DNA from: an uncultured virus (IMG/VR IMGVR_UViG_3300042392_001228)
Taxonomy: Duplodnaviria; Heunggongvirae; Uroviricota; Caudoviricetes
Length of the DNA: 20,000 nt
Reading direction: 5' to 3' (one strand)
IMG/VR virus record: IMGVR_UViG_3300042392_001228
Location: 55,215 to 75,214 of that record
In this document: positions 8,786 to 18,900 of the stretch, piece by piece
Layout of the letters: the number at the start of each line of letters is the position of its first letter
Position numbering within the stretch: position 1 is the first letter of the stretch
Made by a program: the position numbers and the translations under genes
The notes under the pieces: generated by a model
Databases searched by the model: none
The model's input: only the letters and a program-made list of their open reading frames with translations
Told to the model about the DNA's origin: nothing

Positions 8786-10843
8786 TCAAGTCTCAAAGTC
8801 GAAAACGCCTTCTTCTGACGCAGACAGATCGGCTGCAAATAGTGAATATCCTACTTTGTAGTGATTCGCGTCAACAGTTGACGAGGCGCCATCATCTTTG
8901 CAAGTTGGGGGGTACTTATAGATGCTCGCGTCCCACACTGGTGCTGGAACGACTTCGAGTGTTTCTTCCTTGAGATCATTGACGAGGAATCCACGTAAGT
9001 TCTCAGAGGAAGGCGAGCGTAAGTACTCCCCATCCCAGTCACCGTAAGTCTCCCCAGGTAAGGAAGTGTTTGCTGTGCGACTGTGAAGAAGGTCGTAGCT
9101 CACAAGCTCGGCCTCATCAAAGTCGTCGTAGGGAGTGTCAAAACCAGGGGCAATATCCGAATTGTCGTAGTCGTCCGACGTCCCTTGGCCGTACAAAATG
9201 TCTGAGAATAGGTAAGGTTCCGAGTACAAAAACGGCAGCAATCCCTTTTCACCGCCGTACAAAACCACTTGTTCGTACACAAGTGGCTCCGACTGTTCCG
9301 GGGGGCATGACATCTTCTCAGGGTTGAGTGACGAGCCCCAGTACCCGAAGTTCTTGCACACAAGGTTTACCTTTTGCCATGCACTATCGTTTCTTCCATA
9401 CTCAGGTGGAAGGCGCACAAAGTACCGCTCCCAGTTCGGGTCACTAGGTCCGTGGTTTGTGTCGGCCCGAAGAGAGTTAGGGCTCCGAAGAAGCTCAAGT
9501 TCGCTTGGAGAGCTAATTACCTGCAAAGCTTCACTTTTCCATGGCCTTAAGAGGGTCCCGCTATCTTCCACATTCGGAGACATGTAGTGAGTGCGGCCAC
9601 TGAGTACGAGGTCGGATATTTTGCAGTTGAAGCTCGATGCTAGCGAGTCAGATATGCTTATTACGGGGCCCACCACAGAACCTGTGTAAACAAAGCGGAA
9701 AGTTTGAGATGGTGTGTCAATTTCATACAGAAACTGAAAGTTGTCGGAGACGTGAGAAACTCCTTCAAAAACTCTAGCCCCACCACAGTAAATTACAGCG
9801 GCACCAAAGTCCCCAAAGTCTGGAATTGGCCCCCCGCTCGCACTTTCTATGTAAGCCAAGACATCGGAAAAACTTACGTACTTGTCAACATCGCTCGTAT
9901 GGACAGAGACCCTTTCGTTAAACCCGTGGATACCTAGGGCATCAAAAACAAAGTTAAAGGGCAACCTTCCACCTTTGTTCGACCATACTCCGTAAAAGTT
10001 ATCGATCTTTTCTCGAGTGGTCCAGTCAGAAGGGTTTGACCAAGGGGATACCCTCACTCGCAAGGTGGAACTTTCGTACGTTAGCTCCCCTTCGAGACCG
10101 AACCCGTTAGAGGAAAGATCTGAGGGAATATCAAGGTACCAGCCCTCTCTCGAAAAGTCGTAAGTCGGATTAATTGATACTGAAGAGGTGGTGAAAGTTA
10201 CAGGGAGGCTGAAAAAGTACCGTGCACCCGCTAAAAATGTGTTAAACTTGTAAGGTATTGTCCTCGCTGTGTTGTACTTCGGGAACAGGACAAGGTCGGA
10301 CCCCTGGACTTCGCAGAGGAAGGAAGCGTCGGCGGTCGAACCTGGTTCGGGGCGAAAGAATGGGCTGGGCAGAGCGCCAGGAGCTATCACCTTAAGCTGC
10401 TTATTTTCCGAGAGATCAGTGAAGAACTGCTCTCCCAAACCTTCGAAGGTTAGGACATAGTTGGTGCCGTCTTGGGACACATCCGCCAAAAGGTACGAAA
10501 AGTCCCCTAAGTAAAAGGTCTGACCGACTTGTATCCTTGGGTCTGCTTTTACAATTACTGTGCCGTCCCAGTTGTGAACTTCGACAACTTCCGGGTGAAT
10601 GTACCCGTCGTACACACCAAAGGACCCCGTCAAAAGGTTTCGCTTTTGGGAGACTGTCGAGGCTAGGTTGGCCCAGTATTCAGGACCGCTCCAGCCCAAA
10701 AGCTGGGCGAGCCAGTCAAGCTGGTCGTTTACGCGGCTCTCGGTTAGAGCCACTGAGTTGAGTTGCTCGGCAGTTAGGTAAAGGTTTGTGGTACCGTAGT
10801 CCTCAAAGTCACTAATACTGAACGAGGGGTTTAAGTCGGTCAT
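8786..10843 (-). CDS. Large baseplate/tail protein with an N-terminal P2 gpI-like segment
   Basis: 685 aa. DQLDWLAQLLGW...YW...QKRNLL resembles the gpI/wedge 'LdwLA..lG' motif. Baseplate context. Confidence 0.6.
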   Translation of the reverse strand: MTDLNPSFSISDFEDYGTTNLYLTAEQLNSVALTESRVNDQLDWLAQLLGWSGPEYWANLASTVSQKRNLLTGSFGVYDGYIHPEVVEVHNWDGTVIVKADPRIQVGQTFYLGDFSYLLADVSQDGTNYVLTFEGLGEQFFTDLSENKQLKVIAPGALPSPFFRPEPGSTADASFLCEVQGSDLVLFPKYNTARTIPYKFNTFLAGARYFFSLPVTFTTSSVSINPTYDFSREGWYLDIPSDLSSNGFGLEGELTYESSTLRVRVSPWSNPSDWTTREKIDNFYGVWSNKGGRLPFNFVFDALGIHGFNERVSVHTSDVDKYVSFSDVLAYIESASGGPIPDFGDFGAAVIYCGGARVFEGVSHVSDNFQFLYEIDTPSQTFRFVYTGSVVGPVISISDSLASSFNCKISDLVLSGRTHYMSPNVEDSGTLLRPWKSEALQVISSPSELELLRSPNSLRADTNHGPSDPNWERYFVRLPPEYGRNDSAWQKVNLVCKNFGYWGSSLNPEKMSCPPEQSEPLVYEQVVLYGGEKGLLPFLYSEPYLFSDILYGQGTSDDYDNSDIAPGFDTPYDDFDEAELVSYDLLHSRTANTSLPGETYGDWDGEYLRSPSSENLRGFLVNDLKEETLEVVPAPVWDASIYKYPPTCKDDGASSTVDANHYKVGYSLFAADLSASEEGVFDFET

Positions 10844-10844
10844 T

Positions 10845-12116
10845 TCACTCCTTCACTGCTACAAGATTGTTCTGCAAAGCGGCGTATTCGTGTCTCATGC
10901 AGTTTTGCGGGCTCATCCACACAGAAGAGTACCCTTTTACCTGCGAGAATAGGTTGATAAGGTTTGTATCCAAGGCACGGGTAAGCCAATCAGCCAGAGG
11001 CTGGTGGTCTGTGTGAACCACCTCTCTCAGGTCTGTGATCTTTTCAACACGGTAAGCCCCGTCAATACTCACGTAGGCCAGTTTGCACAGAGTGACCGGT
11101 ACTTCCTTTCCTGCGCTGTTCCTAACGGTTTTCGGTACGCTGTTTTCAGGATAAGCAACTAGGTTGATGACGGAGGTTGCTGCTGCGGGCTTTCTAAGCA
11201 AGGGCAGGGTACCACTCACAAGCACACGATTGATCGCCACTTTGGTATCCGTCCATACTACTTTCCACCCACGGTTGTACGAGGGTTCAGGAATTGAAAA
11301 CTTGAAGTACTGCCCGTTAGCGTCGGACGCAACGTCGGAAGAACCTTGTAAGACCCAAACCGGGTTTGAGCAATAGAGGTCGTCGCTTTCGAGGAGGTTG
11401 GACGACACATAAAGCGACGCTGAGCCTGTTACCGAGGAGCCATCGGGGCACCGTAGTTCAACTTCGGTGTAAGCGGCGGGGTGCGGGCTTTGCCACGACA
11501 GGTAGGCTTGCCCCGCGTAAGACGGAAATACACCGTCAAAGTTTCTCCACGCTTGAGACTCAAGGTCTGTGAAAGCAAAAGCGGGACTGTACCTCCACCC
11601 TGGCACAGCATCTGTGCTACTTTCCACTCTTATGTCGTATCCAGATAAGGAAAATTTATTGACAGAGTACTCAGCGACAAAGGGTGAGTCGTCGTAATAA
11701 AGTTGGTAGGCCAGAAGATACTTCGTACTTACCATTTCCATTTCTTCCAAGCTTATAATCACAGGGTCAACCGTTAAGCTCCCATACTTCCAAACCACAA
11801 CTCCGGACTGAACTGTCAGGAACTTGTTCTCCCCGGAAGACTGAACCTGAAGCGACCCTGTTCCCGTGCGGCCATCGCCCACGGGAAGGTAAGTGTAGGC
11901 AAACTCGTCGTCGAGTCCGAAGTCCAGTTTGTAAAGCTGCGAAGCCGACGGTAAACGTGCGTAGATTGGCCTCCCGTTTTCAACCCACTCAGTGGGGTGC
12001 GGGTTGAGTTTAAGCGCATTCACGTACTGGGGGGAAAGGTTCACACCCTGCTCGAAAGTGGAAGATGTTTCAATTTGCGCAGTCCCCCCGTTCAATGCGA
12101 CCAGATTCTGACTCAT
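10845..12116 (-). CDS. Baseplate wedge/tail protein (gpI-like termini with an inserted beta-rich domain)
   Basis: 423 aa, ATGA-coupled to baseplate J. RPIYARLP near the N-terminus and PLADWLTRALD near the C-terminus. The middle (PAFAF...AW...YLSWQ...YFKF...GWKVVW) looks like a beta-sandwich/discoidin-type domain. Confidence 0.55.
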   Translation of the reverse strand: MSQNLVALNGGTAQIETSSTFEQGVNLSPQYVNALKLNPHPTEWVENGRPIYARLPSASQLYKLDFGLDDEFAYTYLPVGDGRTGTGSLQVQSSGENKFLTVQSGVVVWKYGSLTVDPVIISLEEMEMVSTKYLLAYQLYYDDSPFVAEYSVNKFSLSGYDIRVESSTDAVPGWRYSPAFAFTDLESQAWRNFDGVFPSYAGQAYLSWQSPHPAAYTEVELRCPDGSSVTGSASLYVSSNLLESDDLYCSNPVWVLQGSSDVASDANGQYFKFSIPEPSYNRGWKVVWTDTKVAINRVLVSGTLPLLRKPAAATSVINLVAYPENSVPKTVRNSAGKEVPVTLCKLAYVSIDGAYRVEKITDLREVVHTDHQPLADWLTRALDTNLINLFSQVKGYSSVWMSPQNCMRHEYAALQNNLVAVKE

Positions 12117-14938
12117 AGTGCTAACGTCCCCTCCCCGTAGTTCGGCGGGCTAAGCGCAAAAGTTGTTCCCGTGTACCAGGATAAGTCAGGAATTTGACTC
12201 AAGGTTGAGGTGTTTTCCCACACGTATGTTAAATTTGGTGACGAGCTAAAGTTCCTTCCGGAGTTCCGAGGAACAACAGTTATTTGGCAGGATCCAAGCT
12301 TAATCGAAGATGTTTCCACACCGTACTGGGATAGCACCGGTTCTTCACAGCGATAGGAAACTACATGTCGCAGCAAGTTACCCGCGTACTCTTCATACCG
12401 CGCAGTGTTGTCTGCGGGCAGGCCGGACCAGTTCGTCACTGTTTTCTGGGGTGTGAATGACTTCATGACTCTGTAATAGTTCCGACCGTCTTCACTCAAG
12501 ATCGTGTCTTCCGTGGCGTTTAAGTAAGCAGGGTTGAAGTAAGGAATGTAGTCGTCTACGGGGAGAAGGGATGGGCCGAATTCCTCGGACTTTACGAACA
12601 CGCCGTTATTCAGATATATGCTAAAGTCAAATAGGGGGGTGACTGCGGAGGTGGCGGTGTAGGATTGCACATCGGAACCTTCTCGAAAGAACGTGCGATC
12701 ACCCTGAAAAAAGGTGAACATTCTGTCAAATTTTCGCAGGAGCGGGTTGTTCGTTAGTTCTGAATCTAGCTGAGTTTGAAGCGCAGGGTTAGGAGCAAGG
12801 TTGTAAACCAAACCCTCGCTAAGCAAATCTTGTATGTTGGTGCTATTCGGTGTAAAGTGAGAAGACGCAACGTAGTAAGTGGTTGGCGAAGATGAAGTTT
12901 CCTTATACAGCAGGTACTGCCCTGGCTTGAATCGTGCTTTGTACTTGTACAAGGGTAAGCCCCCGTCACCGTTGAACACAAGAGTTTCCGATAAGATCCC
13001 CGTGTCAACAAGATTACTAAAGTACTCCTTAACAGATAGCTGGTTTGGACTATAGGTGAAACCAGCATTTACACGGGCGTACTTCACAATTGCGCCTTTT
13101 GTTAAGTCAACGTAGTTGTAGTAAGGGTCAACAACGGGATTGGGCCCTCCCCCTACTTGGGGAGTGGAAACCCACGTTCCTTGGGCATAGGACAACCCTT
13201 CAGTGAGCTGAGCAGGAACCACGGGAAGCCCGACTAAAAACTCTGCCTGAGCACCAGTAATATCGTTGGTGGACGGGTTGAGTGTAAAGTTTTTTGAAAC
13301 TAGCCAGGCAAATCCTCCTGCACGGCTATTTAAGGGTACTGCAGAGGGACTTTGAGGAACGAACTCCCCTGATGAGTAGTCATACTCCACAATTTCAGGG
13401 TCTAGTGTACCGCCAGAGGAATATGTGAAAGAGTTTCCAATTTCCCACGGCGAAAAGGTTTTCACTGCGGAGATCTTCCCGTTCAGAATGTATGAAGAAA
13501 CGGCGGAAGAAGAACCGATGCTTAAGTTTTCTAGGACGATGTGCAACCCTTGCTGGGCTAGATCCCCGGATCCATCATGATATACTATGTCACCAAGGGA
13601 GTAGGACCCGGATGTTAGCGGTCTTATCTGTTTGAGCGTAAGGTTGCCGTATATCGTCTGATCCTTCTTGTTTGAAGAGTAGGGTGTAAAGTTTGACTCT
13701 ACCGGGTAGAAAGTCGGTGCAGGGTTATTGATGAATATAAGGTTGCCCTCTTCCAGCAGGTTGTCAGACGCGGAAAAATCGTAGATGTTTGTGTATACCG
13801 ACGCGTCCTTATTGAGAGAGTTCGGAGTGTTGTAAGCGGTCGATACTTTTACAGATGGATCTTTGAATCTTGTGTTCGTGTCGAAAGTTGCGTAGAACGC
13901 TGCGTCGATGTCACTCACAGTCGGAGTCACGTTCGCAGGAAAAACCTGCCCAGGAGTCAAAACTGAGAAGAGACGGTCTCGAAAATTGAGTGCAGACTCC
14001 TTAAAGTTCGACCCGAAAGTCCCGTTGGAGTCCACTTCAACGGTTAAGTTGTACTGAACTTGGCTTAGCGTAATGGGGAATAGGTGCCCTTGATTCTCAA
14101 TCGGGACAGAGAAATTTACTGCGTTTTGGCCCAGCGACAGTTGCTGAGTTGTAAGTTCTTGACCGTTTGGCCCAAGCACGAAAAAAGACACCTGCCCATT
14201 GGGGCGAAGGTAGTCTTGTGTGTAGTTGTATCCGTAGAAGCTGGAGCGGTTCGGCTGGACAGATGTCAAAGTGCCTATGCCATACAAGTCAGTGAAAAAA
14301 TCTTGCCAGTCGGACCCACTGACGGGGTTTCTCCTGCGAATTAGAGTGAAGAATCTTTCCTGAACTTCCTGAAAAGTCTCGACGTCACTTCCGCCGACAG
14401 ACGGTTGAGGGTTTGTTGCGGATAAGTTGAGTGTCCCTGTGTTTGAAGTTCCGGTGATTGAGTTTGCGGGAACGTTATAGGCGGATCCTACAAACTTTGA
14501 GTAAACTGGGACTCTACCGGTGAGGTCCCCAGGCGGAATCACCAGGTCGGAGCTTGTAACAAACTCGTAGCTTTCTCCTGCTGTTAGCTGAGGGTTCGTA
14601 GAGAATAGGGACCCTGCGGGAATAACCGTGGAGCTCTTTGTTGGCGGGACCGAAATTACCAGCTCAGCTGTTGAGGTTGTCCCAAGCCTTCTCATGGCAC
14701 CTAAGAAGGGTCCGATCCACTCGATAAGGATTTTGTCAGGGAGCTGGTTGGCCCAGAACAAGAATTCTCCCTGCGCAAAAGCTTGCCCCTCAAGGAGGAC
14801 TGCTAGGGGGTTTCCCGCACTGAAGTCGTTAAGGGTTTTGTTGGACGCTTCGTAAACGGTTTGAGCCGCTGCTTGGACCAAGTCAGCTTCATTGCGCGGG
14901 TCAATGGAAACCGACGGTAGCGGTGAGTAACGTGGCAT
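12113..14938 (-). CDS. Baseplate J-like protein with a long C-terminal extension
   Basis: 941 aa. IDPRNEADLV, DFSAGNPLAVLLE, VIPAGSLF, GSAYNVPANSIT and ATNPQPSVGGSDVETFQEVQER...PVSGSDW are hallmark gpJ/gp47-type motifs. Confidence 0.9.
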   Translation of the reverse strand: MPRYSPLPSVSIDPRNEADLVQAAAQTVYEASNKTLNDFSAGNPLAVLLEGQAFAQGEFLFWANQLPDKILIEWIGPFLGAMRRLGTTSTAELVISVPPTKSSTVIPAGSLFSTNPQLTAGESYEFVTSSDLVIPPGDLTGRVPVYSKFVGSAYNVPANSITGTSNTGTLNLSATNPQPSVGGSDVETFQEVQERFFTLIRRRNPVSGSDWQDFFTDLYGIGTLTSVQPNRSSFYGYNYTQDYLRPNGQVSFFVLGPNGQELTTQQLSLGQNAVNFSVPIENQGHLFPITLSQVQYNLTVEVDSNGTFGSNFKESALNFRDRLFSVLTPGQVFPANVTPTVSDIDAAFYATFDTNTRFKDPSVKVSTAYNTPNSLNKDASVYTNIYDFSASDNLLEEGNLIFINNPAPTFYPVESNFTPYSSNKKDQTIYGNLTLKQIRPLTSGSYSLGDIVYHDGSGDLAQQGLHIVLENLSIGSSSAVSSYILNGKISAVKTFSPWEIGNSFTYSSGGTLDPEIVEYDYSSGEFVPQSPSAVPLNSRAGGFAWLVSKNFTLNPSTNDITGAQAEFLVGLPVVPAQLTEGLSYAQGTWVSTPQVGGGPNPVVDPYYNYVDLTKGAIVKYARVNAGFTYSPNQLSVKEYFSNLVDTGILSETLVFNGDGGLPLYKYKARFKPGQYLLYKETSSSPTTYYVASSHFTPNSTNIQDLLSEGLVYNLAPNPALQTQLDSELTNNPLLRKFDRMFTFFQGDRTFFREGSDVQSYTATSAVTPLFDFSIYLNNGVFVKSEEFGPSLLPVDDYIPYFNPAYLNATEDTILSEDGRNYYRVMKSFTPQKTVTNWSGLPADNTARYEEYAGNLLRHVVSYRCEEPVLSQYGVETSSIKLGSCQITVVPRNSGRNFSSSPNLTYVWENTSTLSQIPDLSWYTGTTFALSPPNYGEGTLAL

Positions 14939-14951
14939 TTAGATTCTCCGT

Positions 14952-15428
14952 TCAGTATGTACCGTTATCCACCACAAGAGCGTCGAGCTGGTCGGACAAT
15001 ACTTTTTTCGTTACCAAGTCTGCGTCTGCTAACGCTGCGAATTTCTGGCTAGCCGAGGAAGGGCTGATGCCGTTGGCGTTGCTATACTTAAGGTTTGTTA
15101 GAAAACTTCTCGGAGCTTTGTTATAGTTCTGAGTGAGTGTGGGGTTTGAAGCGGGGTCAAATCCGAAGCCCCAGTACCCTGTGACAACTTTTGAACCGGA
15201 AACCGGAATACCAGACAGAAGTTGACCGGTGCCCGACAAAGTGGGTTGCTCAGTGGTTAGTGTGACGTAGCGGCTGTCTAAGCCTGTAGGCCCTGTTTTT
15301 TCAAGGTCGTCGAGACCCAAGGGGTCGTAGTGCCAGTCAAGGTCTTGGCCGTCGAAAACAATGTTCCTTGCACCATTTAGCCACTCGCTTGTTACGACAA
15401 CGCCACTTGAAAACAGAGTTTTGGCCAT
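14952..15428 (-). CDS. Hypothetical virion (tail-associated) protein
   Basis: 158-aa ORF (MAKTLFSSGVVVTSEWLN...VVDNGTY) between the tube and baseplate J genes. Confidence 0.75.
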   Translation of the reverse strand: MAKTLFSSGVVVTSEWLNGARNIVFDGQDLDWHYDPLGLDDLEKTGPTGLDSRYVTLTTEQPTLSGTGQLLSGIPVSGSKVVTGYWGFGFDPASNPTLTQNYNKAPRSFLTNLKYSNANGISPSSASQKFAALADADLVTKKVLSDQLDALVVDNGTY

Positions 15429-15452
15429 TTCTTCTTAAGGTTCGTTCTTACA

Positions 15453-15466
15453 GAGGTTTTACCCTC
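15453..15466 (-). promoter_or_regulatory. GAGGGTAAAACCTC motif, candidate late promoter just downstream of a terminator
   Basis: GGGTAAAA core in a short inverted repeat (GAGG/CCTC), about 25 nt upstream of the ATG at 15428 and directly after the intrinsic terminator. Confidence 0.5.
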
Positions 15467-15476
15467 TTGTGGACAC

Positions 15477-15502
15477 AAAAAAGCCCCGGTTAGGGGGCTT
15501 TT
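15477..15502 (-). terminator. Rho-independent terminator ending the capsid-tube transcript
   Basis: Minus strand AAAAGCCCC-CTAACC-GGGGC-TTTTTT, 11 nt after the tube stop codon. Confidence 0.85.
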
Positions 15503-15513
15503 CGAGTTGAGAA

Positions 15514-15957
15514 TCAGGTTCGGTCCCAAGAATTCACGGTTAGCTGAATCTCAATTTCCTGAACATTGCCGCTTTCACGGTCAACATCGGCGGTATTAAG
15601 AGACATGAACTGACATCCGTAGCAAGTGTATTGGCCGCCAGCGGGTGCTGATCCGTTTCCAACACAGTCTTTCGGAGTGACTGTAACTGTGATTTCTCTG
15701 CAATTATACTGCAACCAGTAAATTTCCAACTGCTTGAAGATCGTGGGATCGTACGGAGCAGAAAGGGAGATGTTGTCTACCTTTTTGGGGCCTACAACTT
15801 TGTAAATACGGTTACCAGTACCATTGGCGTAGTCACTGCTACTTGAGGAATCCTTGATTCCGCTGAATTTTGTAAACGTGGCGATTAGTGTGGGTCCGTC
15901 AGGAGCTACGAAGCTAACTTCGTACTGAGACTTTGTAATCGGTCTGAGAATTGCCAT
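15514..15957 (-). CDS. Tail tube protein (contractile-tail/T4 gp19-like fold)
   Basis: 147 aa with a strong AGGAGG SD. Pattern FTKFSGI...VVGPKKVDNISLSAPYD...ITVTV...YTCYGC...ADVDRESGNVQEIEIQLTV is typical of tube proteins. Confidence 0.8.
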   Translation of the reverse strand: MAILRPITKSQYEVSFVAPDGPTLIATFTKFSGIKDSSSSSDYANGTGNRIYKVVGPKKVDNISLSAPYDPTIFKQLEIYWLQYNCREITVTVTPKDCVGNGSAPAGGQYTCYGCQFMSLNTADVDRESGNVQEIEIQLTVNSWDRT

Positions 15958-15985
15958 TGGGTCACCTCCTTAGTACCTTCCCTTA

Positions 15986-18900
15986 TCAGGATAGGATGTT
16001 GGTGATCATAGCGCCAGAACCGATAAGACCAGTTGCGCCGAGGCCAACTAGGTTAACCACACGTTCAATTGTGATTTCAGCACGAACAACGCGGCGTTCA
16101 CGAATGTAGTATTCGGGACGGACGGCGGGGGTGCCTGTGAGCTGATCATTTGTGTTATCATAAGGGCTCTTTATCCCTTATTTCTTCACATTTCTGTGAA
16201 GATCAGACTATATCTTCTTCCCTTTAACTTTGAGGGTTTAGGGAGTGGGGCACTCTTGTCAGCTTCATCACTGTTCTAGTGGTATGCTGTTAGTCGTTGA
16301 ACGTTCGTTTTCTCCCGAAAACGCTTCGCTGCTGATTACCATAGTTTCAAACTCTCGTTTGAAGCCGTAGGCTTCCCAGCAATTCACCCCATTGACTCGC
16401 GGATCAGGCGAGTAATTTGATGTTACCATCAAACCACGCATTCAGCTCGTTTAAAAGAAACGATGTTGTTAGCATACGTGTAAGAGAAGGCAGGAGTCGC
16501 AGCATTCGCACCACCAGCAGGCATGATGGAATCAGAAGGACCGTTAGGGCTGTAGAACAGAAGGATACCGTTAGCTGGGAATACCGGCTGTAGGGTTCCA
16601 TCTTGCGCTAAGTAACGACCTTCGGCAACACGTAGGCCACGCTCAAGACCGAAGTAGCGAGCAATGACGTCAGTGTCGACGCTGTCTGCAGATGTGTACT
16701 TGATACGATCAAGGATCTTCTCGTTGGTCAGCAAGAGGTCAAACACGGCAGTACCGACGACTGCGGAGTTTGGACGGATACCGATTTGGTTGGCGACTGC
16801 ACGCTTGAGGGTGAGGATGTCTTCAATTGGGTTAGAAGTAGCACCAGACCAGGCGGCGTCTCCAGCAACGGAGCCGTAAGCTGTCTTGAAGTTTGTCCAG
16901 GTTGTGAAACCGAGTCCGGTCTGGGAACCTGCGGTTCCGTTATAGGGCTCGTAAGGGTTGTAAGTCGCGGTGACGGAAACAGCTTGAGCAACGGTGTACT
17001 CGTAGCTGTTCATCAATCTGGACATTGCATTCCTGGTTTCGATTGCGCGAAGCAATTTGTTAACTCAGCGGCTCTTTATCCGCTGATTCATTACCTTGTT
17101 GTCGGCAATGTTCAGACTATATCATTGTTCTGTGAGGTGAACTTAGTGTTCACTTTACAAAACATCGGGCGCTCGTGTCAGCTTCATCACTGTTCTAGTG
17201 GTATGCTGTTAGTCGTTGAACCTTGCCCCTATCCCTAGGGGCCTTGGCTGCTGATTTCCCACACGGGGGTTCCAGCAATTCACCCAATTTATAGTGGACC
17301 TACGCTGCGATCGAAATTGCACGTAAAAAATAATCCACCTGCGCGGGCCCTTCCCCGGCATTTTCAATTACCTCTTCAGGCAATTCCCAGGCGACCACTT
17401 CCTGCTCTAGAGCATAAGGCTCAGAGTCGTAGCGGCTTTGGACGTATGGGATGTTAGTTCCGTAAGCACGACGGAAATCGTTTATAGCAAACTGCTCCTT
17501 CCCAAATCTGAGAATTCTCCCAGCGCGGGTAGGGGTGTCCACAACCGGTGCGATAAACACTTGTTACCGTGAAGGCTCTTTATCCTTCACTTCTTCGCAT
17601 TTCTGCAAAGATCAGACTATATCATCATCTTCCTTAAACTTTTTAACAACGGTTCGCAGAGACTGCCAAGTATTACCTAGACCGGTTAGCCGGAACAGCT
17701 TCCTGGCCCCACACTTCTCGTTAGAAACCCAAACTTCATGCAATAAACCTAAATTAGACCAAACTTCGACATTAGCCCGAGGGTTTTTAATGCCTGTTCG
17801 ATCCCGGTCGGGTCTATTAGCGGCTTGCAAGGCGAATTGTATAGTTGGTTTACTAAGTGCCTTATCTTTAAGTTTCTGTCTTGATTCTGCACTCCACACT
17901 CTGTTCTTGCATAATTCTGCACGAGCGGATCTTTCTTTATCAGACATTGGAACTTTCCTGGGTCTGGCCTTTCCTTTATTGGATTTGCCAATTTTAAACC
18001 TAGTTTCGTCCGAGTGTTTATGATGAGCTAAGGTTTCGTACACTCTGGAGTTTTTCGAAGACTCCTTGAAAGAGTTTATAGCTTTGCCTAACCTCTTTAT
18101 GGAAGAGAAAGCTAGAGCCAGCAGGCAGTGAGACAGGTAGTGCTCTCTGTAGGTGAGTTTGATTAGGTTACCATCTTCATTTCCACCCTTCATGCACTTG
18201 GGCACTATATGGTGAATGTGGTGTCCGGGTTCTCGTGTCAAACTCCTTGGGGGTCTGGAGAGGATAAACTTTATGTACCGTTGGTAGTGTAAGGGAGAGT
18301 CGGGCGCTCGTGGAAAGATTATTTCAGGGTTGATCACTTTCTAGTCGTTGAACCTTTTTACTTAACACTACTATAGTTAGTAGAGACCCTAAGTAAACTT
18401 GGCTGCTGATTGCCTGTTTTGCAAAAGCAAAACTAAGGTATCCCAGCAATTCACCCGATTTTCAATCAGAGTCACCTCTGAGTGGAACCCTATCGATTCG
18501 CAATGTTGGTGGACAATATGTTCTCTCTGCTTACACAGAGTGTCGGACTATCTTATCGTTTCTTTACAAAACGTTGGGCGCTCTAGCCTGTTATTAAGGG
18601 AACTAAATCCCCCAGGTAGTCTCTGAACCTTCTTCCGGTGTACCGGAAGCTTGGCTGCGGATTGACCCTTTTGCTAAGCAAAAGTAGGCTTTCCCGCAGT
18701 TCACCCAATTTCTTTTCCCCTACACCAAAGGGAGCATGAAGCCTTGTGCGAGTGTTGTGAGGATTGGCCAGTGTTATCGCAAAAGCTCTTTATCTTTTGC
18801 TTCTGTATGTTTCCATACAGGTCAGACTATATCATCATCTTTGCTTGAGCAAAGAGTCGGGCGCTCGTGGATTGTTCGCCTGTTCTAGGCTACTTAATCT

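Larger units (their letters stand above)
17558..18495 (-). mobile_element. Group I intron 4 (938 nt) carrying an HNH homing endonuclease in L8
   Basis: P/Q/R at ~18340-18460, S at ~17612-17625. P1 GAAU/GUUC, P10 CGAUAGG with exon UUUAUCG, terminal G. Confidence 0.92.

Noticed and set aside
7280..15957. Extracellular contractile injection system or tailocin rather than phage
   Set aside because: Capsid, head-tail adaptor and terminase genes lie in the same cluster.
16429..17560. Track ORFs 16429..17055 and 17300..17560 as independent genes, or as a frameshifted capsid pseudogene
   Set aside because: They are exons 6 and 5. Their TTG/GTG 'starts' are the last intron bases and their C-termini are intron read-through. 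Splicing restores one frame.
111..18626. Plus-strand ORFs and short alternative-frame minus-strand ORFs in the track
   Set aside because: They are antisense or out-of-frame shadows of tightly packed minus-strand genes or introns, with no recognisable motifs.
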